Below are positions 18,369-27,834 of a stretch of DNA of 64,000 bases, one piece after another. The translations under genes were made by a program, and so were the position numbers. The stretch lies in NCBI GenBank assembly GCA_045540155.1, contig JAZQGT010000050.1, forward strand, positions 16,493 to 80,492, in the 5' to 3' direction. The notes beneath the pieces are model-generated. The model saw only the letters and a program-made list of their open reading frames with translations. It was not told where the DNA came from and made no database searches. The first letter of the stretch is position 1. Every line of letters begins with the position of its first letter. The DNA is from Faecousia sp. Its GTDB lineage: Bacteria; Bacillota; Clostridia; Oscillospirales; Oscillospiraceae.

Positions 18369-19637
18369 TTAACACTCCTTTGTGATATAGTCTTTCAGTC
18401 TGCCGTAAAGAATGGGGTCTACAACGGTCTCCACCACGATTCCATCCCCGGTATAGTCAACGCTTAACACCTGGGCGCCGGAATGGAGGGTCTCCACCAT
18501 GCCACCCATGGAGTACGGCAGGGTCACCACAATATGGTGCCGGCTGTGTCCCAGGGCATCTTCAATGGCTTTCAGCAAGGTGTCCATACCGTAGCCGTGC
18601 TTGGCGGATATTCTCACCACGTCCTGCCCCACAGGAATGTCCTCGGCGCTGACCAGATCTGCCTTATTATAGCACTGCAGCACCTTGGTACCCGGCTTTG
18701 CAAGTTTGGCAATCAGGCTCTCTACCACAGCAATATGCTCCTGCCGGTTGGGATCAGAAGCATCAATCACGTGCAGCAGCAAATCCGCGTATTCCAGCTC
18801 CTCCAGCGTTGCCCGGAAGGCATCCACCAGATGGTGGGGCAGCTTTGCGATAAAGCCTACGGTATCCGACAGAATCACATCCAGATTATCTGACACGGTC
18901 AGCTGCCTTGAGGTAGTATCCAGCGTATCAAAAAGCCGATTGTTCGCAGGGATTCCTGCATCGGTCAGCTGATTCAGGAGTGTAGATTTTCCCGCGTTGG
19001 TATAGCCCACAATGGCCACCACCGGCACGGAGTTTTTCTGCCTGCGCTCCCGCTGCACTCCACGCACCTGCCGCACCTGCTCCAGTTCCGATTGCAGGCG
19101 GGCAATCCGCTCCCGGATATGCCGTCTGTCGGACTCCAGCTTGGTCTCGCCGGGACCCCGGGTGCCAATGCCGCCGCCCTGCCGGGACAAGGATTTGCCC
19201 ATGCCGGACAACCGGGGCAGCAAATCCTTATACTGGGCCAGCACCACCTGCAGCCGACCCCCCCGGGTCTTGGCGCGCTGGGCAAAAATATCCAGAATCA
19301 ACGCGCTCCGGTCCAAGACCGTTACACCCAGAATCTCCTCCAGTGCTCTAATATGACCGGGGGACAGTTCGTTGTCAAACACCACCATGGTGGCTTCCGT
19401 AAATTCCGCCAGCATCCGCACTTCCTGCGCCTTACCCTCACCGATAAAGCTGTGGGCATCGGGGGCATGGCGGTTTTGCAGCACCTTTCCGGTGCAAAAG
19501 CCGCCGGCGGTTTCCAAAAGCGCTTCCAGCTCCTCCAGAGTTTCGTCGGTGGCAGTCTGCTGGGCGGTAAAACAATCGGCGTTTAAGCCTACCAGCACCG
19601 CCCGTTCCTGTATCTGCTCGTCAAAATTTCGTTCCAT
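18369..19637 (-). CDS. hflX: Ribosome-splitting GTPase HflX
   Basis: ILDIFAQRA, GIGTRGPGETKLE, GYTNAGKSTL, LFDTLDTT, DTVGFI, NKAD. Confidence 0.96.
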   Translation of the reverse strand: MERNFDEQIQERAVLVGLNADCFTAQQTATDETLEELEALLETAGGFCTGKVLQNRHAPDAHSFIGEGKAQEVRMLAEFTEATMVVFDNELSPGHIRALEEILGVTVLDRSALILDIFAQRAKTRGGRLQVVLAQYKDLLPRLSGMGKSLSRQGGGIGTRGPGETKLESDRRHIRERIARLQSELEQVRQVRGVQRERRQKNSVPVVAIVGYTNAGKSTLLNQLTDAGIPANNRLFDTLDTTSRQLTVSDNLDVILSDTVGFIAKLPHHLVDAFRATLEELEYADLLLHVIDASDPNRQEHIAVVESLIAKLAKPGTKVLQCYNKADLVSAEDIPVGQDVVRISAKHGYGMDTLLKAIEDALGHSRHHIVVTLPYSMGGMVETLHSGAQVLSVDYTGDGIVVETVVDPILYGRLKDYITKEC

Positions 19638-19740
19638 AGGTCCTCCGGTGCAATTTGCATTCTTTCTCATTAAATAGTATAACACAAAGAAGTACCGCTA
19701 CACAACCAAAATCTTTGCTTTTCGGGGGAAAATGCGCAAA

Positions 19741-19772
19741 AAAGTCCGTACTGCAAAAGCAGTACGGACTTT
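19741..19772 (-). terminator. Terminator after rpmE
   Basis: AAAGTCCGTACTGC-AAAA-GCAGTACGGACTTT. Confidence 0.75.
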
Positions 19773-19776
19773 ACGC

Positions 19777-19977
19777 TTATTTCAGACCAAATCTCTTATT
19801 GAACCGATCAACACGTCCACCGGTGTCAACCAGCTTCTGCTTGCCGGTATAGAAAGGGTGGCACTTAGAGCAGATTTCAACCTTGATGTCCTTTTTGGTG
19901 GAGCCGGTCGTAAAGACGTTACCACAGGCGCACCGAATTGTGGTCTGTTCGTAATTGGGATGGATACCTTCCTTCAT
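19777..19977 (-). CDS. rpmE: 50S ribosomal protein L31 (Zn-binding type A)
   Basis: [36 protein letters not shown]. Confidence 0.98.
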   Translation of the reverse strand: MKEGIHPNYEQTTIRCACGNVFTTGSTKKDIKVEICSKCHPFYTGKQKLVDTGGRVDRFNKRFGLK

Positions 19978-20101
19978 GTTGTTCACCTCTTTCTGATAGG
20001 GTAAAGGGCATAAAATGCCCGCAAATTCTTCAATCGCCCGAGTATCATACCACAGTCGGCACTATAATGCAAGTGTTTTTTTGAATTTTTCTTAAAAAAT
20101 A

Positions 20102-21325
20102 TCAAAAGGCCCAGTTTCCGTTGCGGAATATGGGGACTACCTTGCCCTCACGGGTAATGGCGTCAATGTTCATGGTGGCGCAGCCGATCATAAAGTCCTC
20201 ATGGATCATGGAGTCGTTAATACCCAGCGCCCGGCACTCCTCCAGGGTCTTGTTGTGATGGTCGGCAATGGTATCGGCGTAGCCCATGCCCAGTGCCAAA
20301 TGGCAGGCGGCATTTTCGTCGAACAAGGTGTTGTAAAACAGCAAACCGCTTTGGGCAATGGGGCTGCATTCCGGCACCAATGCGCATTCACCCAGATAGG
20401 CAGCTCCCTCGTCCATCTGAATCATGGTGTTCAGCAGCGCCTCGCCCACCTCTGCCTTGGCTTCCACCGCCTTGCCCTTTTCGAAGCGGATGGAGAACTT
20501 ATCAATCAGCTGACCCTGATAGGACAGCGGCTTGGTGGCATACACAATACCCTCAGCCTCACCTCGCTTGGGAGATATGAAGCACTCCTCAGTGGGAATA
20601 TTGGGATTGTAGTAAATGCCCTGCCGGCTGGTCTCTCCGCCGCCGCAGAAGACAGCCTCGGGAATCATTCCAACGGTTAAGTCCGTGCCGTTGTCTGCGG
20701 TAAAGTGCAGCTTGTCGATGCCAAGGCTATTGAGGTAAGCGCAGCGGTCATGAAGATTCTTATTGTGCTGCTCCCACTCTCCGATGGGGTCAGCGGTAAC
20801 ACGGGAGGTATCCAGAATCGCCTCCCACAGCTTCTCCATCGCCACGCTGGTGCGCACCCCAGGGAATACCTTTCTTGCCCATGCCGCGCCGGGCACAGCG
20901 GCAATACACCACTGCTGCCTGCCTTCCCGCTGGTCAACATAGGGCTTCAGAATTGGGTATACCTTCTGATTTGCCTTGGCAAGCTTCCTGGTATCCATAC
21001 CCTTGAGTCCGTCGGGATCTTCGGAAATCAGATGGATACGGGCAGGCAGGGTGTCGCAGTAATGCTGCTGCCGCGCCTTCTGCAAATCTGTAACCGTAGA
21101 CAGGGTTTTTAAGGATTGGTTACGCACGTGGATTTTGGACAGTGGCTGATAGCTCCACTCCACAGTTACCTTGCTGGCCTTGGCCTTATAGGCCTCCTCC
21201 ACCACCATTTTTACAAATTCCGGCTGATCCAGCTCTGCGTAAATCAGCACCTCCTGCCCCTTCTGCACATTCACGCCGCAGCGGACAATTAAGTTTGCAT
21301 AGGCTCTTAACCGGGTTTTGTTCAT
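20102..21325 (-). CDS. Aminopeptidase, M29 (AmpS/PepS) family
   Basis: PNIPTEECF, LGECALV, FYNTLFDENAACHLALG, SMIHEDFMIG. Confidence 0.92.
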   Translation of the reverse strand: MNKTRLRAYANLIVRCGVNVQKGQEVLIYAELDQPEFVKMVVEEAYKAKASKVTVEWSYQPLSKIHVRNQSLKTLSTVTDLQKARQQHYCDTLPARIHLISEDPDGLKGMDTRKLAKANQKVYPILKPYVDQREGRQQWCIAAVPGAAWARKVFPGVRTSVAMEKLWEAILDTSRVTADPIGEWEQHNKNLHDRCAYLNSLGIDKLHFTADNGTDLTVGMIPEAVFCGGGETSRQGIYYNPNIPTEECFISPKRGEAEGIVYATKPLSYQGQLIDKFSIRFEKGKAVEAKAEVGEALLNTMIQMDEGAAYLGECALVPECSPIAQSGLLFYNTLFDENAACHLALGMGYADTIADHHNKTLEECRALGINDSMIHEDFMIGCATMNIDAITREGKVVPIFRNGNWAF

Positions 21326-21439
21326 AAAAAGCGCTCCTTTCGGTACATTTTCTTCATAGTAACAAATTTCCCCAACTTCGTCAATCTATGTTGCAAATTT
21401 TAGCAGGAAGGTTATAATGGAGCAAAAGGAAGTGATACC

Positions 21440-22312
21440 ATGCTGACCAAAGAGGAATTTTCCGTCCATTTACAAAACGCCCTTTTGCTGGACGGCGCCA
21501 CCGGCTCCAATCTGCAAAAGGCAGGCATGCCCCGGGGGTGCTGCACCGAGGAGTGGATTCTTGCCAATCCCCAGATTCTGGTGGAATTGCAGCGTGAATA
21601 TGTAAGAGCGGGGAGCAATGTTCTGTATGCCCCCACCTTTCAGGCGCAGCCAATCGCCCTGGAACGGGTAAACCTGCACAAGCAGGCGGAGGCAATCAAC
21701 GCCCATCTGGTGGCGCTAACCAAATCAGTATCCGCGGACGTGCTGGTTGCCGGAAACTTAACCACCCTCGCTGCCTTCTGCGACAGCTACGACCCGGAAA
21801 ATTTTGACCTGCTGGTGGAAAACTACCGGGTGCAAATCGCCGGGTTATTAGAAGGTGGCGCTGACCTGCTGGCGGCAGAAACCCTCATGTATCCCCAGGA
21901 GGCGGAAGCGATTTTCACCGCCGCAGAATTGGAGGGCGCGTCTGCGGTGATATACACCTTCACCATGCAGCCGGACGGCAGCCTGTTCTCCGGCATGGAC
22001 GCAGCGCCTGTACTGCGGGAATTGGAAGAAGCCGGCGCCTGCGCCGTGGGCTTTAACTGCGTAGCAGCGGATATGATGACCGCGGGTCTTGTTAGCCGCC
22101 TGCGGCGGTATGTCAAGGGGCCTCTTGTTTGCAAGCCTAACGCGGGAACGCCGGTCATCGGCGCTGACAATCTCCCTCACTATCCCATGAATCCCCGGGA
22201 ATTTGCAGAAATTGTTGCTGATTGCCATGCCATGGGGGCAAACATCCTGGGCGGCTGCTGCGGCACAACGCCTGGACATATTGCGGCTGTAAAAGACAAG
22301 CTTGCCTTATAG
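21440..22312 (+). CDS. Stand-alone homocysteine S-methyltransferase domain protein
   Basis: LLDGATGSNL, AGSNVLYAPTF, GFNC, KPNAG, GGCCGTTP (Zn-binding Cys residues). Confidence 0.88.
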   Translation: MLTKEEFSVHLQNALLLDGATGSNLQKAGMPRGCCTEEWILANPQILVELQREYVRAGSNVLYAPTFQAQPIALERVNLHKQAEAINAHLVALTKSVSADVLVAGNLTTLAAFCDSYDPENFDLLVENYRVQIAGLLEGGADLLAAETLMYPQEAEAIFTAAELEGASAVIYTFTMQPDGSLFSGMDAAPVLRELEEAGACAVGFNCVAADMMTAGLVSRLRRYVKGPLVCKPNAGTPVIGADNLPHYPMNPREFAEIVADCHAMGANILGGCCGTTPGHIAAVKDKLAL

Positions 22313-22383
22313 TAGGGACCGGCATCCTCGACGGTCCGCACACAAAGGATGTATTTACGGACTGTCCGGAGGCCAGTCCCTAC
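22312..22383. repeat. REP doublet (REPIN-like): two GTAG-type REPs in inverted orientation
   Basis: GTAGGGACCGGCATCCTCGACGGTCCG (22312-22338) and the reverse complement of GTAGGGACTGGCCTCCGGACAGTCCG (22358-22383). Confidence 0.75.
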
Positions 22384-22404
22384 AAAAATACACCCCACAA
22401 CCAA

Positions 22405-22435
22405 ACAGGGCGTGTTGCCAAGCAACACGCCCTGT
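22405..22435. terminator. Terminator hairpin between convergent genes
   Basis: ACAGGGCGTGTTGC-CAA-GCAACACGCCCTGT. Confidence 0.7.
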
Positions 22436-22438
22436 ATT

Positions 22439-23563
22439 TTATGCAATTTGTTCGCCTGCAAGCCAGACCTGACCGCGGTTCAGCGCTTCATCACAGATGA
22501 TGAAGTCTGCCCGTTTACCCGGGGCAATCGAGCCAATCTCATCATCGCAGCCCAGCGCCTTGGCAGGGTTCAGCGTCGCCGAGAGGATTGCCTCTTCTTT
22601 GGAAATACCGAACTTCACTGCGTTCTTCATGCCGTCATACAGATTGGTGGCAGCGCCCGCAATGGTGCCGTCGGTGAGCTTGGCAATACCGCCCTGCAGG
22701 AACACCCGCTGACCGCCCAGCTCATACTCGCCATCTGGCATACCGCAGCACCGCAGGGCATCGGACACCAGGCAGATTCTGCCCGGGAACAGCCGGAACG
22801 CCATGCGCACAGAGCTGGGATGCACGTGCAGACCGTCGCAAATCAGCTCTGCCTGCACCTTTTCATTCTCGGAAGCCGCGCCGATGACACCGGGTTTCCG
22901 GTGGTGAATGGAGGGCATGGCATTAAACAGATGAGTCAGATGAGTGGCTCCGGCATCAAAAGCCGCCTTGGCATCCTCGTAGGTGGCATCGGTATGGGCA
23001 ACGGAAACCGTGCACAATTTAGAGGCTTGCCGGACAAATTCCACAGAGCCGGGCAGCTCCGGCGCCAAATCCGCAATGGTAACAAGACCACCGCAGCCAT
23101 CAAAAAGTTCTTTGAAGGCGGCGAAATCGGGATTCCGCAGATACGCGCCGTTCTGGGCACCCTTTTTCTTCTCGGAGAAGAAGGGGCCTTCCATCTGGAT
23201 ACCCATAATCCGGGCGCAGCCGGCAGGCTTTTCCTCTTTCAGCTTTGCGGCGGTGGCAAAGGCCTTGCTGAGCACCTCATAGGGAAGGGTCATGGACGCA
23301 GGGGCGAAGGAGGTTACGCCGTTCTTGCCCAGATACCGCGCCATAGAAACCAAGCCGTCGTACTCTCCGTCGGAGAAATCCGCGCCGGAGTTGCCGTGGT
23401 TATGGACATCCACCAGGCCGGGAATCACATACGCCCCGTCCAGATCAACGCCTGCCTCCTCCGGCACGCAGTCCAGAATCTCTGTAAAAGTTCCGTTTTC
23501 TACCCGGAAGCTGCCGTGGACAAACTTTCCGTCCACAAAAATATTACCGTTTTTATAGATCAT
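22439..23563 (-). CDS. nagA: N-acetylglucosamine-6-phosphate deacetylase
   Basis: PGLVDVHNHG, MEGPF, APE, AHTDAT, THLFNAM, DGLHVHP, VSDA. Confidence 0.93.
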   Translation of the reverse strand: MIYKNGNIFVDGKFVHGSFRVENGTFTEILDCVPEEAGVDLDGAYVIPGLVDVHNHGNSGADFSDGEYDGLVSMARYLGKNGVTSFAPASMTLPYEVLSKAFATAAKLKEEKPAGCARIMGIQMEGPFFSEKKKGAQNGAYLRNPDFAAFKELFDGCGGLVTIADLAPELPGSVEFVRQASKLCTVSVAHTDATYEDAKAAFDAGATHLTHLFNAMPSIHHRKPGVIGAASENEKVQAELICDGLHVHPSSVRMAFRLFPGRICLVSDALRCCGMPDGEYELGGQRVFLQGGIAKLTDGTIAGAATNLYDGMKNAVKFGISKEEAILSATLNPAKALGCDDEIGSIAPGKRADFIICDEALNRGQVWLAGEQIA

Positions 23564-23566
23564 GGC

Positions 23567-24943
23567 TTACCTCAATTCCGGCAGGCTGGCTGCTGCCACA
23601 GTCTGGCCCACCCGGCGGGTCTTCTCTTCCGGAAGCATAACCGTGACAGTGCTTGCAAGCTCCGGATATTCGTCTGCCAGCACCTTGTTGCACTGGGCAA
23701 TCACGTGGTCGCCGCCCACACCGGAGGCAACACGGCCCAGCACCAGCAGGCACTTTACATCGTAGAACTGGGCGTACAGCACCAGCGTATGGGCAAGGTA
23801 TGTACCGATATCGTCGAAAATCTGCAGCGCGCCGGTATGTCCCTCATTGGCCAGCTTCTGCACAACCTTCAGCTTTTCAGCAGGTGTCAGGCCGGCATCC
23901 AGCTCGATGCCCGCATTGGGCGCCAGCTTAATCACTGCGTCCTGGGAGAAGTACTTACAGCCCACGCCGTAGTCAAAGGACCACTCGTCCTGCATAGCCT
24001 CCTCGCTTACGTCCACAGGGGCAAAGGCAAGCTCATTGAACCAGCCCAGAAGATTGCCGTCGGCGTTGACGTAGCCCACAGCCTCGGAAGTGCCCATGGC
24101 AAGACCCATTACGCAGCCCCGCTCCATACTCATAGCGCCTGCCAATGCGGTCACATCGCCGTCGTTGGCCACCACGATGGGCACATCGCCAATCTCCTTT
24201 GCCGCCCGGTCAAACACGGACTTGACCTCCTCCCGGCGCTCTCTGGGCACTTTTATGAACAGAGAAGAAACCATGGGGCTGTTGCCGATGAACACGCCAG
24301 CAGAGGACACGCCGATGGCATCCACCCGAGGCATTTTGGATGCGGCAGTCTTAAAGGACTCCACAATGCCGTCAAACTGATACTGGGGGTCGGACTGGGT
24401 CTTGGGATGCCAGACCACCTCCTCGGAATAGACCGCCACGCCGTCAATAACCGCAGAAACCTTCCGGTCAGAACCGCCGGCATCAAAGCCGATACGGCAG
24501 CCTTCCATGTGGCCGCCTGCGGAAACGGCTGACTCGTTGGCCTCAGGGAAATTCTCCTTGTCAACAGAGAGCACCTCAAAGGGCCGCTCGTATACATCTT
24601 CCATAAACTGCACATCAAACGCTCTGTCGCCCTGGGGGGTATATGCCTTCTGCAGCCGGGCAATCACAGCGTCATCGCCGTTCAGGTACACCCGGAAGCC
24701 GCCCACGCTCCACAGCAGGAATTTCACCGTACGCTCGGCGTAGCGGTAGTTTGCCTCGGCAAAATCCCCGCCCCGCAAAAAGGTGTTCAGCACGGTAATT
24801 TTACCCGCTTCACGCTCCACCGCCACAGAAAACGGAACAGTCGCGCCGTCCAAAAATGCCTTTCTCCATACGCCGAAGGGAATAAATCCGCTGTCCAGCT
24901 TGGGAGCATTCTTAAGATTCACTTCAATACCAAGATACTTCAT
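23567..24943 (-). CDS. ROK-family protein (probable sugar kinase with N-terminal extension)
   Basis: IGFDAGGSDRK, ANDGDVTALAG, AMGTSEAVGY, NELAFAPVD. Confidence 0.75.
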   Translation of the reverse strand: MKYLGIEVNLKNAPKLDSGFIPFGVWRKAFLDGATVPFSVAVEREAGKITVLNTFLRGGDFAEANYRYAERTVKFLLWSVGGFRVYLNGDDAVIARLQKAYTPQGDRAFDVQFMEDVYERPFEVLSVDKENFPEANESAVSAGGHMEGCRIGFDAGGSDRKVSAVIDGVAVYSEEVVWHPKTQSDPQYQFDGIVESFKTAASKMPRVDAIGVSSAGVFIGNSPMVSSLFIKVPRERREEVKSVFDRAAKEIGDVPIVVANDGDVTALAGAMSMERGCVMGLAMGTSEAVGYVNADGNLLGWFNELAFAPVDVSEEAMQDEWSFDYGVGCKYFSQDAVIKLAPNAGIELDAGLTPAEKLKVVQKLANEGHTGALQIFDDIGTYLAHTLVLYAQFYDVKCLLVLGRVASGVGGDHVIAQCNKVLADEYPELASTVTVMLPEEKTRRVGQTVAAASLPELR

Positions 24944-24966
24944 TTTTACGCTCTCCCTCTTAAGTT

Positions 24967-25557
24967 TCATACAATCTTCAGTAAGCCGAAAAACTCCGGC
25001 GTGTGGAAATCAAGCCGCTCCACCTTGGACCAGCTTCCCCAGTGAGGCTGGGCGGTTTCATCGCCGCATTTATAGAAATTTCCCCGCATTTCATGACCGG
25101 GAGCAAAGCGGCAGGGTCTTTCATAGAGCTTTTCCAAAAGCGCCTCGGAGATGATGCACCGCACCTGCCAGTAATCGGCAGTTGTGGTCACCTCCATTTG
25201 GGGCTGAGGCAGTCCCAGTTCCAGAAGCTGGGGGCGCTTTCTGCCTGTGCCGAAACCGCAGCGCATGGCGCCGGCGGCGTTCATTTCCACATTGATATAG
25301 CCGTAGTCCGGCAGCTCCGGAAAACAATTCAGGAAAACCTCCATGCAGCTGTCCTTGTATACCGGGTCATCTGCATGGCTGTAAAGGGCTTTGGGGTTAC
25401 TTTCATAGCACCGCATGGTCACCTCAAAGCCGGTACCCGGAATATAGCGCATAGATCCTTCCGTTCTGGGGGCAGGCACACCCTCAGGGCGGTGGTTATC
25501 TATGGAGAACCGCTCCGGATTTCCATAGGTGCTCACGTGATAAACCTGTGTGCTCAT
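24967..25557 (-). CDS. CBM9-like / DOMON carbohydrate-binding protein
   Basis: PVYKDSCMEVF, YINVEMNAAG, GNFYKCGD, DFHTPEFFG; RBS AAGGAG before MSTQ. Confidence 0.75.
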   Translation of the reverse strand: MSTQVYHVSTYGNPERFSIDNHRPEGVPAPRTEGSMRYIPGTGFEVTMRCYESNPKALYSHADDPVYKDSCMEVFLNCFPELPDYGYINVEMNAAGAMRCGFGTGRKRPQLLELGLPQPQMEVTTTADYWQVRCIISEALLEKLYERPCRFAPGHEMRGNFYKCGDETAQPHWGSWSKVERLDFHTPEFFGLLKIV

Positions 25558-25570
25558 GGCAGAAATCTCC

Positions 25571-26587
25571 TTATGCGTTAAAGCCGTTGGGGTTGTTCTT
25601 CTGCCAGTTCCAGGTATCCCGGCACATATCCTCCAGGGTCTTCTCTGCTGTCCAGCCCAGCTTTTCACGGCTCTTGGCAGGGTCTGCATAGCAGGTGGCC
25701 AAATCGCCGGGACGGCGGGGAGCAATCTTATAGGGAACAGGCACGTTATTTACCTTCTCAAAGGCCTTCACCATATCCAGCACGCTGTAGCCGGTGCCGG
25801 TGCCCAGATTAAATACGTCCGTGCCGGTATTGGCAACTGCATAGCTGATGGCAGCCACATGGCCCTTGGCAAGGTCCACCACGTGGATATAGTCCCGCAC
25901 ACCGGTGCCGTCATGGGTATCGTAGTCATTGCCGAACACATTCAGATACTCTCTGCGGCCCACCGCGGTCTGGGAGATGTAGGGCAGCAGGTTGTTGGGG
26001 ATGCCCTTGGGGTCTTCGCCGATCAGGCCGCTGTGGTGGGCGCCGATGGGGTTAAAGTACCGCAGCAGCACCACGGACCACTCCTTATCCGCAAAGGCAA
26101 TATCCCGCAGGATCTGCTCACCCATATACTTGGTCCAGCCGTAGGGGTTGGTACAGCCGCCGGTCTTGGCGTTCTCCTGCAGCGGCATCTCATTTCCTGC
26201 GGTGTACACAGTAGCGGAAGAGGAGAAGACAATCCGCTTCACATTATGGGCAGCCATCACCCGGCACAGGGTCAGGGTAGAGCCCAGATTGTTGGAATAG
26301 TAGCGCTCGGGAATCTCCACGGACTCACCCACCGCCTTCATGCCGGCAAAGTGAATGACGCAGTCAATGGCGTGTTCATCAAAGACCTTGGAAAGGGCAG
26401 CTTCATCGCACACATCCAGCTCATAAAACAGGGGGCGCTTGCCGGTAATGGTCTCCACGCGGTTGAGCACCTCCGGGTTGGAATTGGACAGATTGTCCAC
26501 AATCACAACCTCCATGCCCAGGTTCAGAAGTTCAACACAGGTATGGCTGCCGATATAGCCCATACCGCCGGTCACTAAAATTTTCAT
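25571..26587 (-). CDS. galE: UDP-glucose 4-epimerase
   Basis: LVTGGMGYIGSH, HFAGMKAVGES, SSSATVY, YGWTK, LRYFNPIGAH, RDYIHVVDLA. Confidence 0.96.
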   Translation of the reverse strand: MKILVTGGMGYIGSHTCVELLNLGMEVVIVDNLSNSNPEVLNRVETITGKRPLFYELDVCDEAALSKVFDEHAIDCVIHFAGMKAVGESVEIPERYYSNNLGSTLTLCRVMAAHNVKRIVFSSSATVYTAGNEMPLQENAKTGGCTNPYGWTKYMGEQILRDIAFADKEWSVVLLRYFNPIGAHHSGLIGEDPKGIPNNLLPYISQTAVGRREYLNVFGNDYDTHDGTGVRDYIHVVDLAKGHVAAISYAVANTGTDVFNLGTGTGYSVLDMVKAFEKVNNVPVPYKIAPRRPGDLATCYADPAKSREKLGWTAEKTLEDMCRDTWNWQKNNPNGFNA

Positions 26588-27648
26588 TTTTGGCTCTCCT
26601 TTACGATTTTTTGCATGGTCTCCCACTTACTTTCCATATCCGCCACCAGCTTGAACTGGGTTCTGGCTCTGTCCAGATTCTGACCCTCATAGTGGGTGCG
26701 GAAATAAGTGTCGCCGTTTAAGTAATCTGCCAGGAACCGGATGCCGCATTCCAAGGTCATCATCTTGGCGCCCATGGGTAGCATTTCCACTTCCAGGTCG
26801 GTAAGGCTGCCGTTGCAGCCCTCCAAAAAGCCCTCGGTGTAGGTGCGGAACAGCTCCATGTCGCACCACACCTTGTCAAGGTCCTTCTCATCCTCTGCGG
26901 CAGTGGATGCGCCGAAGCGAATGGAATCGCCGTAGTCATAGAGGGAAGAACCGGGCATGATGGTGTCCAGATCAATGACACACAGAGGGGTTCTGGTATC
27001 GTAGTCAAAGAGGATATTATTGAGCTTGGTGTCGTTGTGGGTAACCCGCAGGGGCAGCGCGCCGCTGTTCAGACGGTCCACAATCTCCCCTGCCTCACCG
27101 GCGCGGTCCAGGGCAAAAGCCAGTTCCTTTTCGCACAGGGCTTTCCGGTTCTGGAAGTTACACTCCATAGCAGCGTACAGCTGGTCATAACGGGCGCGGG
27201 TATTATGGAAATCCTTGATTGCCTCATGGAGGGTCTCTGCCGGAAAATCAGACAGCTCTCCCTGGAACCGTCCGAAGGCAAGACCGGAATAGTAGAAATC
27301 CTTGGGGCTTTCCGCCTTTTGCAGGCACACGGTGGAGTTTACAAAATCGTACATTCTCCAGTATTCCCCGTCGGCATCCTTATAAAAGGTCTTGCCGTCG
27401 GTGGTAGGCACCAGATGCATGGAGGCTCTTTCGTCCGCGCTCTTTTTCGCAATGTGCGCCGTGGTGGCTGCGATATTCTCCATGAGCTCCTCGGGCTTGG
27501 TGAAGATATTCTTGTTAATCTTCTGCAGGATATAGCTGAGGCCGGAATCGCAGGTGACAAGATAGGTTTCGTTGATGTGTCCGCAGCCGTAGCGGGAGCA
27601 CTGGGCGGGCTGTCCCTTTACCTGAAATTGCAAAATCAGTTCGTTCAT
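26584..27648 (-). CDS. N-acetylhexosamine 1-kinase-like phosphotransferase (APH/NahK family)
   Basis: GCGHINETY, LQKIN, RVTHNDTKLNNIL, VIDLDTIMPG, DYGDSIRFG, RFLADYLNGD; located in the gnpA locus. Confidence 0.8.
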   Translation of the reverse strand: MNELILQFQVKGQPAQCSRYGCGHINETYLVTCDSGLSYILQKINKNIFTKPEELMENIAATTAHIAKKSADERASMHLVPTTDGKTFYKDADGEYWRMYDFVNSTVCLQKAESPKDFYYSGLAFGRFQGELSDFPAETLHEAIKDFHNTRARYDQLYAAMECNFQNRKALCEKELAFALDRAGEAGEIVDRLNSGALPLRVTHNDTKLNNILFDYDTRTPLCVIDLDTIMPGSSLYDYGDSIRFGASTAAEDEKDLDKVWCDMELFRTYTEGFLEGCNGSLTDLEVEMLPMGAKMMTLECGIRFLADYLNGDTYFRTHYEGQNLDRARTQFKLVADMESKWETMQKIVKESQK

Positions 27649-27834
27649 AGATAAACCTCCAAAGGCTGTAACTTTACTTTGTCAAGTTTATACTAATCCC
27701 TCCCGCTGTTAATTGCAAGCAAATCGGGTATGCCATGAAATAAATTGATAAATTTTATATAAATTTTGCAAAATTATTGCAAAATTTTTCAAAACATGAT
27801 AAAAATAAGATAAATGAAGGAGGTGCTTGCCCCC

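Noticed and set aside
19985-20045. L31 autoregulatory leader (GGGCAT-AAA-ATGCCC hairpin)
   Set aside because: Plausible, but one small hairpin is insufficient evidence without an Rfam scan
22349-24532. 727-aa plus-strand ORF, and similar long ORFs such as 8168-9709, 15099-16742, 30280-31692 and 7015-8247
   Set aside because: They are antisense shadows of well-supported genes, caused by high-GC3 codon bias; they show no recognisable motifs
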